Shown piece by piece: positions 16,924 through 25,093 of a DNA stretch of 58,914 bases. The stretch is from a virus: the IMG/VR virus record IMGVR_UViG_3300023283_000071, positions 1 to 58,914 of that record, one strand, 5' to 3'. The stretch's first letter is position 1. Every line of letters starts with the position of its first letter. The notes beneath the pieces were generated by a model that saw nothing but the letters and a program-made list of their open reading frames with translations, was not told the origin of the DNA and did not search any database. The position numbers were made by a program, and so were the translations under genes.

Positions 16924-18060
16924 TCAGAATGGTATATCGTCATCGAAGTTTTCTATGGAGTCTGGGTGGATGTCGTTCGCTTCTGCGTCCTCCGACGGAG
17001 TCGGGTCGTCCGCGGCGACATCGTCTATCGGCTCGTCCTCGCGCCGGTGCTCGAGCGCGGGCGCGGGCGCGGAAGCCTCCAGTCTCCTTCTCTCCTCGGC
17101 CGCGGCGAGCGCCGCCATGTCGAGCGGGACGTGGAGGTGGATCAGCCACTGCGGGGTCTGAACTGCCTCGCCCGTGGAGAGATCGATCCGCGACACCGTG
17201 TCCCACACCTTGTGCACCCAGAAGATGGGCTCCGCGCGGCCGTCAGGGAGTCGCGCCATTCCGGCAATCCGGCCGCGCACCCCCTCGATCTCCTCCATCT
17301 GTCCCATCCACTGATTCATGCTGTAGTAGCTCGTCGTGCGCAGCTCGCACGCCGCCCCGAGCGGGACTCCGGGGATGTAGAACAGCAGGCGGCCGGCGAG
17401 CCTGCACTTCGTTTCCTGGTACTCCGGACAGATGTCCGGCAGGCACTTCCCTTTCGGGTCGAGGTCGGTGCGGATCTCGATGGGTCGCCCCTGCGACGGA
17501 CGGCGCGCGCGGCGCGCCTTGCCTTCGCCGACCATCTCCACGGAGCCCCACTGTTTGCAGTAGCGCACTCCGTGCTCGTCGTACTCCGACCAGTAGGTGA
17601 GCTTGGTCCCCTTCATGCAGCGGTATTCGTGCGGCATGTTGCTGAGCCATTCGTCGGACGAAAGCACGACGGGGAACCGATAGAGCATCGGCTCGTCCGG
17701 GTACGGCTCGTCGTTGTCGGGGCGGACTCCCTTCCTCACCTCACCGTAGAGCTTCAGGAGGAGGTCCACGTGCTCGCGCGACGGAAAGTCGCTCTCGATC
17801 ACGTGGAACCATGGAGTGTTGATCGGATAGAACGGACGACTCCGGAAGTCAAACGTCGTCCGCTCGTCCTTGATGATCGCCCGCTCGATTCTGTCGATCG
17901 GGACTCCGTTCTTCTGCCCCTGCTCGAAGATGTACTTCGCCCGCTTGTCCTCGAGGAGCTTTTTGCTCGGCACCTTCGTGCCCGGGCGGATGCGCCCGGC
18001 GATCGGTGCCTGGCGCGGGCGGCGCTCGGCACTCTCCCCCAGGATCGAGTGTTTCGTCAT
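16924..18060 (-). CDS. Putative ssDNA-binding or recombination-mediator protein ending in a bacterial SSB-type C-terminal tip
   Basis: 378 aa. An acidic tail ends ...NFDDDIPF (E. coli SSB ends DFDDDIPF). The N-terminal part does not resemble an SSB OB-fold by eye. It is the first gene of the operon that carries sbcCD. Confidence 0.5.
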   Translation of the reverse strand: MTKHSILGESAERRPRQAPIAGRIRPGTKVPSKKLLEDKRAKYIFEQGQKNGVPIDRIERAIIKDERTTFDFRSRPFYPINTPWFHVIESDFPSREHVDLLLKLYGEVRKGVRPDNDEPYPDEPMLYRFPVVLSSDEWLSNMPHEYRCMKGTKLTYWSEYDEHGVRYCKQWGSVEMVGEGKARRARRPSQGRPIEIRTDLDPKGKCLPDICPEYQETKCRLAGRLLFYIPGVPLGAACELRTTSYYSMNQWMGQMEEIEGVRGRIAGMARLPDGRAEPIFWVHKVWDTVSRIDLSTGEAVQTPQWLIHLHVPLDMAALAAAEERRRLEASAPAPALEHRREDEPIDDVAADDPTPSEDAEANDIHPDSIENFDDDIPF

Positions 18061-18086
18061 GGTCTGTTCCGGGTAGCGGCCTCGCG

Positions 18087-18115
18087 ACGATACTCCTTGC
18101 CGAAGGCAGAGTCAA
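18087..18115 (-). promoter_or_regulatory. Sigma70-like promoter for the leftward SSB-tail/sbcDC/csrA operon
   Basis: Minus strand reads TTGACT (18115-18110), a 17-nt spacer, then TATCGT (18092-18087), about 27 nt upstream of the ATG at 18060. A divergent TTGCCG-N18-TAAGTA (18097-18126) overlaps it on the plus strand. Confidence 0.4.
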
Positions 18116-18126
18116 GAACGTAAGTA

Positions 18127-18555
18127 TTGCCTTGTACGGGCAGGTGTGGCAGGCTTGCGGTTGGTCACGCCTCGCGGTACCTTTCGCTTGGCGGCTACCC
18201 CGGTCTGGCCCCCGGGGGACACAGCCCGGCCCCCGCCCGGTCGCCGCCTTCTTTTCTCTCGCGGGGCGCGGGGGGGACCTCCATCAGCGTCGCAGCGACA
18301 AAGTGGGCGTGGGATCAAGACCTACCCAAGCTCGCCAAACTGGTGTTGCTGGCGTTGGCAGATCACGCCGATCACCGAGGTTACTGCTGGCCCGGGATGG
18401 ACGGAATCGCGGAGAAATGCGGCATGAGTCACCGGACGGTCGTGCGCACGATCGCATGGCTGGAGGATCACCAGTACCTCGCCGTCGTTCGCCGCCGCGA
18501 CGGCATTAATAACCGGCAGTTATCCAACCAATATCAGCTATCGGTCTCAAGATGA
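18127..18555 (+). CDS. Winged-helix/HTH protein resembling plasmid or phage replication-initiator N-terminal domains (start uncertain)
   Basis: The conserved part is KWAWDQDLPKLAKLVLLALADHADHRGYCWPGMDGIAEKCGMSHRTVVRTIAWLEDHQYLAVV (about 18290-18552). There is no ATG or GTG close upstream of it. The only start in frame is the TTG at 18127, preceding a low-complexity stretch that contains a G7 run. Confidence 0.6.
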   Translation: MPCTGRCGRLAVGHASRYLSLGGYPGLAPGGHSPAPARSPPSFLSRGAGGTSISVAATKWAWDQDLPKLAKLVLLALADHADHRGYCWPGMDGIAEKCGMSHRTVVRTIAWLEDHQYLAVVRRRDGINNRQLSNQYQLSVSR

Positions 18556-18560
18556 GCCGG

Positions 18561-18657
18561 CCGGGTGTCAGGCTGTCACCCGGCCCGAGTGTCACGCTGA
18601 CACCCGGCTCCGGGTGTCAGGCTGTCACCCGGCTCCGGGTGTCAGGCTGTCACCCGA
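18561..18657. repeat. Four 23-bp iterons at 24-25 bp spacing (candidate replication origin or operator)
   Basis: CCGGGTGTCAGGCTGTCACCCGG at 18561, 18610 and 18635 (the last copy ends in A). A variant CCGAGTGTCACGCTGACACCCGG at 18585 contains the perfect inverted repeat GTGTCA-CGC-TGACAC. A less GC-rich 64 nt follows before the helicase GTG. Confidence 0.7.
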
Positions 18658-18721
18658 TCCTAACTACAACTACGGTCTACAAGATGGTAGCTACTGGATC
18701 CACTAGGGGTAGATAGAAACT

Positions 18722-20287
18722 GTGCCCGAGCAGCTCGAAGCGTTCCGCCAGCCGATCGGTGAGATCGAGCCCCGGGTGTACCAGGTCCAGGCATTCCAAA
18801 ATCTCAGGCGAGCCTTCTCATCCGGGAAACGCAGGGTGCTCCTCCAGGCCGGGACCGGGGCAGGGAAGACGATCATCGCGTGCATGGTGATGGACTCCCT
18901 GGTGAAGAAAGGGAATCCCGGGATTTTCCTCGCTCATCGGCGCGAGCTGATCCACCAGTGCTCGAGGAAGCTCTACGATTTCGGCATCCCTCACGGCGTG
19001 ATGATGGCCGGAGAGATGCCGCTCGAGTCTCGTCAGATGCAGGTCGCCAGCATCCAGACCCTGTGGCATAGGGGGGTGATCCGAGACCGTATCGAACTCC
19101 CCCCTGCGTCCTTGCTGGTGATCGACGAAGCTCACCGGTCCATGGCGAAGACCTATCTCCACCTCATCGACGCATACTCGGAAGCCCTGGTCCTGGGGCT
19201 CAGCGCGACGCCGTGCCGTAAGGATGGGCGCGGTCTGGGCGAAGTTTACGAGCAGATGGTCTCCTGCCCATCACTCACGGAACTGATCAACGAAGGCTAT
19301 TTGGTGCCGACCAGGTTCTTCGCGCCATCGATCCCTGATCTCAAGGGGGTGAAGGTACGTGCCGGCGACTACGTCGAGGAGCAGTTGGCCGAGAAGATGG
19401 ACCGCCCCGAGCTCGTGGGCGACGTGATAGAGCAGTGGGCTCTCCATGGGGGGAATCGCAAGACGGTCGTTTTCGCGAGCAGCGTAGAGCACAGCATTCA
19501 CCTCGCGCGTGCATTCTGCTCATCGGGTGTGGCCGCGGATCACCTTGACGGGAATACCCCAATCCAGGAACGCGACCAGATGCTCAGGAAACTGAGCGAT
19601 GGCGATCTGCAGGTAGTGTGCAACTGTCAGGTGCTCACGGAGGGATGGGATCAGCCGGATGTCGGCTGCGTCGTTCTCGCGCGCCCGACACGCAGCATCG
19701 TTCTCTATCTACAGATGGTCGGTCGCGGTATGCGCCCGTGGCCCGGCAAGCGTGATCTGATCGTGATCGATCACTCCGGCGCGTTGTACGAGCACGGGTT
19801 CCCGGAGGAGAAGATCAGATGGAGCCTGGATCCATCGGAGAAGGTGGTGAACGAGGTCCAGGAGCAGAGAGCAGCCAAGGAGGCAAGGCCGATCTGTTGC
19901 CCGGAGTGCTCTGCCGTCTACGTCGGGCGCGCACAGTGCCCCGAATGTGGGCACACGCCGAAGCGACGCCCATCGAAGGTGGCTTACGTCGATGCGCAGC
20001 TCGGGGAGGTACCACGGAAGGGAGAAACGCAATCGGAGGCGACGATCAGAGAGAAAGAACGCTGGTATGCCATGCTGCTAGGCCATGCGCGCAACCGAGG
20101 CTACAAGCCCGGGTGGGCGTACTACGCCTACAAGGAGAGGTTCGGTAAGAACCCCCCGACATCGATAGATCGGTCTCGGTCTGTCGATCCCTCCCCGGAC
20201 GTGCGAGCGTTCATTACACACCTCAACATCAAGCGAGCGAAGGCGCGTGAGCGAGAGGAAAAACATAGTCAGCAGAATATGGGATGA
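18722..20287 (+). CDS. SF2 DEAD/DEAH-box DNA helicase with a C-terminal zinc ribbon
   Basis: Walker A LLQAGTGAGKT, motif II VIDEAH, a SAT-like GLSATP, helicase-C motifs (QMVGRGMR) and CCPECSAVYVGRAQCPECGH. Confidence 0.85.
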   Translation: MPEQLEAFRQPIGEIEPRVYQVQAFQNLRRAFSSGKRRVLLQAGTGAGKTIIACMVMDSLVKKGNPGIFLAHRRELIHQCSRKLYDFGIPHGVMMAGEMPLESRQMQVASIQTLWHRGVIRDRIELPPASLLVIDEAHRSMAKTYLHLIDAYSEALVLGLSATPCRKDGRGLGEVYEQMVSCPSLTELINEGYLVPTRFFAPSIPDLKGVKVRAGDYVEEQLAEKMDRPELVGDVIEQWALHGGNRKTVVFASSVEHSIHLARAFCSSGVAADHLDGNTPIQERDQMLRKLSDGDLQVVCNCQVLTEGWDQPDVGCVVLARPTRSIVLYLQMVGRGMRPWPGKRDLIVIDHSGALYEHGFPEEKIRWSLDPSEKVVNEVQEQRAAKEARPICCPECSAVYVGRAQCPECGHTPKRRPSKVAYVDAQLGEVPRKGETQSEATIREKERWYAMLLGHARNRGYKPGWAYYAYKERFGKNPPTSIDRSRSVDPSPDVRAFITHLNIKRAKAREREEKHSQQNMG

Positions 20288-20885
20288 AGCGACCGACAGC
20301 CTCACCGAGGCGGTCGGATTCTTCCAGTCCCGCAGGATCAAGCCGAAGGGGGCAGATCTACGGTATCACTATGGCGTGAAGTGGAAGGGGCACGAATATC
20401 CTGCGTTGCTCTGCCGCATCTACGATCCCAGAGGTCGGGTGTTCGCGCTGAACGCCATGCTGCTGGATAGTGATGAGGCGGAAAGGAGGATCGTGATCAC
20501 TGACCCCGATGGAGGTGGGTGGAGAGTAGGGTCCGCCGTCCATGTTTATCCCTATCCGGAGGAGGATCATTTGCAGCTAGGAGTGACGGTCGGGGTGGCC
20601 AACGCGATCGCGGTAAGCAACATGCTGCCATGGAATCTTCCTGTGTGGGCAGTTCTCGGTCCGGGGTCGTTGTCGAACTTCCGACCTCCAAGTGAGTGTT
20701 CTGGGCTGTTCGTGTTCGGCCTCCCAACAAAGGATTTCACGGGGCATCGGTCGGCCTACTATCTCGCTGCGCGCTCGTTCAAGGAGGGACTCAGCGTGTC
20801 GGTGGAGTTTCCCTCGGAGAGGGACGTCGAGGTGGACTGGCTGTCGGAGTCGTGGGTCGAAAGTCACCGGAGGAGGGTGCAGTGA
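20247..20885 (+). CDS. Toprim-like protein of plasmid/phage primase-associated type with a degenerate catalytic centre
   Basis: GSAVHV..LQLGVTVGVANAIAVSNMLPWNLPVWAVLGPGSL..LFVFGL..G aligns with the usual GGAV..L.VAEGIETALS...PVWAALSAGNL...I.AD.D..G pattern. The Toprim Glu and the DxD acidic residues are replaced. Confidence 0.4.
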   Translation: MSERKNIVSRIWDEATDSLTEAVGFFQSRRIKPKGADLRYHYGVKWKGHEYPALLCRIYDPRGRVFALNAMLLDSDEAERRIVITDPDGGGWRVGSAVHVYPYPEEDHLQLGVTVGVANAIAVSNMLPWNLPVWAVLGPGSLSNFRPPSECSGLFVFGLPTKDFTGHRSAYYLAARSFKEGLSVSVEFPSERDVEVDWLSESWVESHRRRVQ

Positions 20886-21889
20886 GCAAGGCCATAGCCG
20901 AGGTGGTGCACGAAGGCGTCGTGTACGAGGAGACCCGGCTCGAACTATCCGAGAGACTCACCTTCGAGCAGTGGGCGGCCGCCGGGGAGACCCTGAAGCT
21001 CATGGGGCGCGCCGTGAAGTGGTGGATCGGCGACTGGCTGGTCTACGGTGAGGACCGTTTTCCTCAGAGTTACACCCAGGCGCTCGACGAGGGCATGGAG
21101 GAGGTTGCCAGGATGTACGCGGAGAGCAGCCTGCAGAGCCTGAGGTGGGTGTCGTCGTGCGTGCCGAAGTCGCGCCGTCGCGCGACGCTGTCTTGGTCTC
21201 ATCACGAGTCTGTGGCTGCGCTCGCACCGCAGGAACAGGAGCGGTACCTCAAGGAGGCGGTACGAGAGGATCTAGGTGTACACGAGCTTCGCCGGAGGGT
21301 TCGAGATGCCAGGAAGGAGGCGAAGCGAAAGGAGCTTCGGGCGGGATTCGAGGAGAATGCAGATCCCGCCTTGGGCCCTGCCGACATCATCCTCGCCGAC
21401 CCGCCGTGGGAGTTCTTGGACACCGGGCTGAACCAGTCCGCCGGCAAGCACTACGCGACCATCCCGACTGACGAGCTCGTCGGACTCCTCGAGCGTATCG
21501 ATCTCGAAGCGAAGGCGAGTGCGGCACTGTTCCTGTGGGTGCCGAACGCCCTGCTTCCGGACGGGCTGAGGGTGTGCTCAGGATGGGGGTTCGAGTACAA
21601 GACGAACATCGCATGGCGCAAGACCGCGATGCGTCGCCCTGGAACGGGGTGGTACGTTCGCAACGAGCACGAGCTTCTGTTCCTCGCCACGCGGGGGTCA
21701 TTTCTTCCGACATCGAACGAGATCCATTCATCCGTGATCGAGGCTCCGCTCGGCGCGCACAGCCGGAAACCGTCTGAGACCTACGCCGTGATCGAGGGCA
21801 TGTACGATGGGGAGCTCACGAAGGTCGAATTGTTCGTGCGCGGGAAACCGCGTGATGGCTGGCAAGGATGGGGGAACGAAAAGGGATGA
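20882..21889 (+). CDS. MT-A70-family N6-adenine DNA methyltransferase with an N-terminal helical (DNA-binding-like) domain
   Basis: DPPW motif at 21398-21409 (IILADPPWEF), followed by the LFLWV and EHELLFLATRG blocks typical of MT-A70. Start taken at the GTG at 20882, which overlaps the upstream stop as GTGA. Confidence 0.8.
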   Translation: MSKAIAEVVHEGVVYEETRLELSERLTFEQWAAAGETLKLMGRAVKWWIGDWLVYGEDRFPQSYTQALDEGMEEVARMYAESSLQSLRWVSSCVPKSRRRATLSWSHHESVAALAPQEQERYLKEAVREDLGVHELRRRVRDARKEAKRKELRAGFEENADPALGPADIILADPPWEFLDTGLNQSAGKHYATIPTDELVGLLERIDLEAKASAALFLWVPNALLPDGLRVCSGWGFEYKTNIAWRKTAMRRPGTGWYVRNEHELLFLATRGSFLPTSNEIHSSVIEAPLGAHSRKPSETYAVIEGMYDGELTKVELFVRGKPRDGWQGWGNEKG

Positions 21890-22245
21890 GAGAGCTCTAC
21901 CGGCGCAAGAAGTACCCCTACCGTTGCCACAACAAACTTCCGGATGGGCGTAGGTGCTGGACCAGGAAGGCGATCCTGGGGAACGTGGAAACCACGCCGC
22001 TGCGGTACGTGCCGAAGTGCCCAGGCCGCGGATCGCGTCGCCACTGGCGGATTGACAACCACAGGCGGGCGAAGATCGACAGGCGGAAACAGACGTGTTG
22101 GTCATCGCGCTGCCCCTATCATTACCCGCACTCTCAGTACAGCCCGCATTGCGTGAATCGCCCGGGCGGCCCAGTAGACTGGTATGAGTGGAAATATGGC
22201 ACGAAGGAAGACTGCGGAGATCGTAAGGCACTGGCAGCAGGCTAG
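21886..22245 (+). CDS. Cys/His-rich small basic protein (putative zinc-binding)
   Basis: ATGA-coupled start at 21886. Contains RCHNKLPDGRRCW...KCPGRG...CWSSRCPYHYPH. Confidence 0.5.
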   Translation: MRELYRRKKYPYRCHNKLPDGRRCWTRKAILGNVETTPLRYVPKCPGRGSRRHWRIDNHRRAKIDRRKQTCWSSRCPYHYPHSQYSPHCVNRPGGPVDWYEWKYGTKEDCGDRKALAAG

Positions 22246-22567
22246 GGCTCTCGGGTGTATCGTCACCGAGGCCACGGGCGCCGTGACGCTGCACCACTGT
22301 CACGGGGGATCTATGCTCGAGGTGCCCGGGCTGCGCTCTCCAGGCATGGCGCAGAGATCGTCCGACTGGTTAGTGATCCCGTTGGACTACGCGCTGCACG
22401 TGGGATCTCTCGGCATCGATTCCGGCATGGGTCGGTTTCGCTCCGTCGAGGAGTGGGAAGTTCGTTGGGGGCGCCAGGTGGACTTGCTCGACAAGGTGTG
22501 TCGAGCCCTAGGCGTCGATGTATGGGAACGTGCTGGGGTGTCCAGGAGCGCGGACGATGCCACTTAA
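22184..22567 (+). CDS. Putative HNH/Ref-like (RecA-dependent type) nuclease
   Basis: The LHHCHGG....GMAQRSSDWLVIPLDYALHVG pattern resembles Ref-type HNH nucleases. Assigned by eye only. Confidence 0.4.
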   Translation: MSGNMARRKTAEIVRHWQQARALGCIVTEATGAVTLHHCHGGSMLEVPGLRSPGMAQRSSDWLVIPLDYALHVGSLGIDSGMGRFRSVEEWEVRWGRQVDLLDKVCRALGVDVWERAGVSRSADDAT

Positions 22568-22979
22568 GCCGGAGGAGCTGGAGTGCAAGGCGTTGGTGCA
22601 GTGGAGCCAGACCTGCGGTATATCCCGGGTGCGCGACTGCCTGATCCACGTGCCGAACGAACGCCCCTCCAAGGTGCAGAGGATGATCCTCGCGGCGATG
22701 GGGGTACGCACAGGAGTCAGCGATTTTTTCCTCGCCACTGCCGTAGGGAGATACCACGGTCTGTGGATCGAGATGAAGACCCCGCAGCGCCCCAGGCTCA
22801 CGCCGATGCAACGCACGTGGCTGCTCCGGATGGCGTCTGAGCACTACGCGGCCTGCAAGGCTGTCGGGTGGGTCGCTGCCTCGCACGCGATCCTCTATTA
22901 CATGCAAGGCAGGTGGGCTCTCAACGATCAGCCCAGCGGGATACTGGAGTACACTGAGAGGGAGTCGAGATCGATCTGA
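22557..22979 (+). CDS. VRR-NUC domain nuclease
   Basis: ECKALVQW....LIHVPNE.....GVRTGVSDFFL....GLWIEMKTP...LTPMQRTWL matches the PD-(D/E)xK core of VRR-NUC (D..ExK). ATG at 22557. Confidence 0.75.
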   Translation: MPLKPEELECKALVQWSQTCGISRVRDCLIHVPNERPSKVQRMILAAMGVRTGVSDFFLATAVGRYHGLWIEMKTPQRPRLTPMQRTWLLRMASEHYAACKAVGWVAASHAILYYMQGRWALNDQPSGILEYTERESRSI

Positions 22980-23008
22980 AAAAGGTCGAAACGCATCCCT
23001 TCCCTGGC

Positions 23009-23317
23009 CTATCGACCACGGTGCATCTGGAGGCGGTGGAGCTCTCGTCGTTCGATGTTGCGCACCTCCCGCGAGGGTCCTCCGATGGGCACGCACACGG
23101 TGATGCAGGCCCAGTTCAGCGGACAGCCTCGGAGCCGTTTCGTCGCCATCTCCAACGATGCCAGGGCTCGCGAGATCGCCTGCCTGTGGTGCCCCGTCTC
23201 CCGTGCCGCATCCGCGACGGTGTACCCCTCGACCAGCACGAGGCGCGTCCCCTCGATGGTCTTGTGGGAGCGGAGGTAGCTCCGCTGCAAAGCCTGCTGG
23301 AATTGGAAGGGGGTCAT
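23009..23317 (-). CDS. KorA/TrfB-family HTH repressor (IncP-plasmid type)
   Basis: FQFQQALQRSYLRSHKTIEGTRLVLVEGYTVADAARETGHHRQAISRALASL aligns with RK2 KorA SQFQEAIQGLEVGQQTIEIARGVLVDGKPQATFATSLGLTRGAVSQAVHRV. It is the last gene of the leftward small-gene operon. Confidence 0.65.
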   Translation of the reverse strand: MTPFQFQQALQRSYLRSHKTIEGTRLVLVEGYTVADAARETGHHRQAISRALASLEMATKRLRGCPLNWACITVCVPIGGPSREVRNIERRELHRLQMHRGR

Positions 23318-23321
23318 GAGC

Positions 23322-23873
23322 TCATGCCATCAGCCTCTGCACCTTGACGACCCGGGTGTCGAGCCAGGACATGACCTGCCGCACGGAGAGGGTGAAGGCG
23401 GAGTGATCCATGTGTGCGATCACGTCCCATTTTAAGCTCTGGTGGTACCTCAGCGCGTAGTCGTCGGCGCGGATCCGGCTGCCGGTCATGTAGAGCATGG
23501 AGCGGTGCAGGATGGCGAGCGCGAGATCCGCCGGTCCGGAGCCACCATGGCCCCACGAGAAGCCGGTCGGGGAGTGCCGCTGGAAGCCATCGATCACGGG
23601 CATCCTGAGCGGGGCGGCGTGCCCGTACGTGTCGATGAACGTCACCTCGTGCTCCTTGCGTCCCTCGAATCGCGCGCCGGAGACATACCTCGCATGGTGC
23701 TCGGCGCAGCGGTACCCCCCCACCTGGACCAGCTCGCCCTCGAACACGGCGATTACCTCGTCCAGATCGTGGACGGAGAGCGCGAGAGATGCGGCCTCAT
23801 CCGGGGTATCGGCATCGACGCGCTCAGTGAGCGGCTGATCGTCGGCGGTCAGTCCTACGATGGTGTAGATCAT
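23322..23873 (-). CDS. Hypothetical protein
   Basis: Track ORF trimmed to the ATG at 23873, which overlaps the upstream stop as TAATG. Contains GFSWGHGGSGPADLALAIL. No confident family. Confidence 0.6.
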   Translation of the reverse strand: MIYTIVGLTADDQPLTERVDADTPDEAASLALSVHDLDEVIAVFEGELVQVGGYRCAEHHARYVSGARFEGRKEHEVTFIDTYGHAAPLRMPVIDGFQRHSPTGFSWGHGGSGPADLALAILHRSMLYMTGSRIRADDYALRYHQSLKWDVIAHMDHSAFTLSVRQVMSWLDTRVVKVQRLMA

Positions 23874-24571
23874 TATGGGCTCCCGTGTTTCTGTCCGACG
23901 TCGGATGCTGCCGTATCGCGGTGCGCGCAGTCGATCACCTCGCTGATCCAGTCGTCGATGGAGCGCATCATGGCGACGTGGAGCACACCGAAGAATGACG
24001 GAGAAAACACCACCTCCTCGTACTTGAATGCCGGCTCCTCGTGCCCGGTTGCTTCGATCTGGTCTCGAGTCACGGGCCTGGGCGCTTCCACGACCCATCC
24101 CCCGACCGCTCGCTGTCTCTCCCCCTGGACCTCGCGCACCTCGTAGCGCAGCGTCATGCCGTTTTCGAGCGCGATGCGTTCGCCGTCCAGGGTTGTCATC
24201 TGGAGAAGTCCCTCATCCTCTAAGGCGGCTACCGCCGGCGCGGCATCGAAGTTCGAGAGCGGGGATACGCGCTGCGCTACCTCGTACACGACGTGCTTCC
24301 AGCAGCGCGCGAGCACGCGGGCGGCCACGGGGCGCCAGCGGCGTGCCATCTCGGCGCCGAGCGTGCTGGACAGAGTGACACACCGGCCTGTCTCCTCGGA
24401 CGGCTGGAACGCATGGCAAACGGACCCGCAGTCGGGGCACTCGCCGTAGGGCATCGGCTCGCCCGGGCTCACTCGCTCGTGGATGGTCTCGGGCGGTATC
24501 CCCAGGAGTCGATGCGTTGGATGGACGGCACCGCAGCCCTCGCACCGCATCAGGATGTCAGTCGTGTTCAC
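23873..24571 (-). CDS. Hypothetical protein with an N-terminal zinc ribbon
   Basis: The GTG at 24571 is preceded by GGGAGGA. Contains CEGCG...CPDCG. The upstream part of the track ORF is Arg/Ser-rich noise. Confidence 0.55.
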   Translation of the reverse strand: MNTTDILMRCEGCGAVHPTHRLLGIPPETIHERVSPGEPMPYGECPDCGSVCHAFQPSEETGRCVTLSSTLGAEMARRWRPVAARVLARCWKHVVYEVAQRVSPLSNFDAAPAVAALEDEGLLQMTTLDGERIALENGMTLRYEVREVQGERQRAVGGWVVEAPRPVTRDQIEATGHEEPAFKYEEVVFSPSFFGVLHVAMMRSIDDWISEVIDCAHRDTAASDVGQKHGSP

Positions 24572-24761
24572 GTGGTTCCTCCCAGGGGCCGCGCTCGAGT
24601 TCCTGCCCGTTGAGCAGCATCTCGCGCGTGGCGCCGCAGTTGCACAGCTGGATGTATCGCCCACCTCCGTGGGCGCGTGGGTTCTGGTCCTCACGGCGGG
24701 CGACCGGGCCCCGGAACACATAAGGTCCGTGGCCGTGGTGAGCGACGTGCCGGTGCTTCAT
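24558..24761 (-). CDS. Hypothetical small His-rich protein
   Basis: ATG at 24761 (MKHRHVAHHGHG...). A 10-codon upstream ORF (24790-24758) with a strong GAGGAG is ATGA-coupled to it. Confidence 0.45.
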   Translation of the reverse strand: MKHRHVAHHGHGPYVFRGPVARREDQNPRAHGGGRYIQLCNCGATREMLLNGQELERGPWEEPREHD

Positions 24762-24799
24762 CGCCACAGTTCCAGATCGGGCTGAGTCATGTCGGCTCC

Positions 24800-25027
24800 T
24801 CAGTGGAGGATGGTCAGGCCGCAGCGCCCGCACACGTCGTCGAGTTCGAGCTCCTCGACGAAGACGGGCGACACCCCGTCGTCATCATCCTGGTCGGGCT
24901 CGTCGTAAAACACCGCGCGCTCGCCCTCGTCTGCGAGGCAGTCCTCGCAGACGAGCTCGCCGTCGTGCGCGACGGCTAGCACCGTGTAGCTCGGCAGGCC
25001 CAGTACATCATCCCGTTCGCCATGCAT
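24800..25027 (-). CDS. Hypothetical small acidic CxxC...CxxC protein
   Basis: 75 aa with an acidic run DEPDQDDDDG and CEDC...CGRC. Preceded by conserved leader copy A. Confidence 0.6.
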   Translation of the reverse strand: MHGERDDVLGLPSYTVLAVAHDGELVCEDCLADEGERAVFYDEPDQDDDDGVSPVFVEELELDDVCGRCGLTILH

Positions 25028-25042
25028 GACTTATCCTCCTCT

Positions 25043-25093
25043 CGTTGGTGGTCACGCGGCAGCCCTCCGGATGGAGGGCTGCGACCTGATCAC
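25043..25093 (-). promoter_or_regulatory. Intergenic hairpin-leader cassette, copy A
   Basis: Plus strand reads cgttggtggtcacgcg GCAGCCCTCC ggat GGAGGGCTGC gacctgatcac. The stem is 10 bp (25059-25068 / 25073-25082). The upstream gene's stop (25090-25092) lies inside the GTGATCAGGTC flank. Confidence 0.75.
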
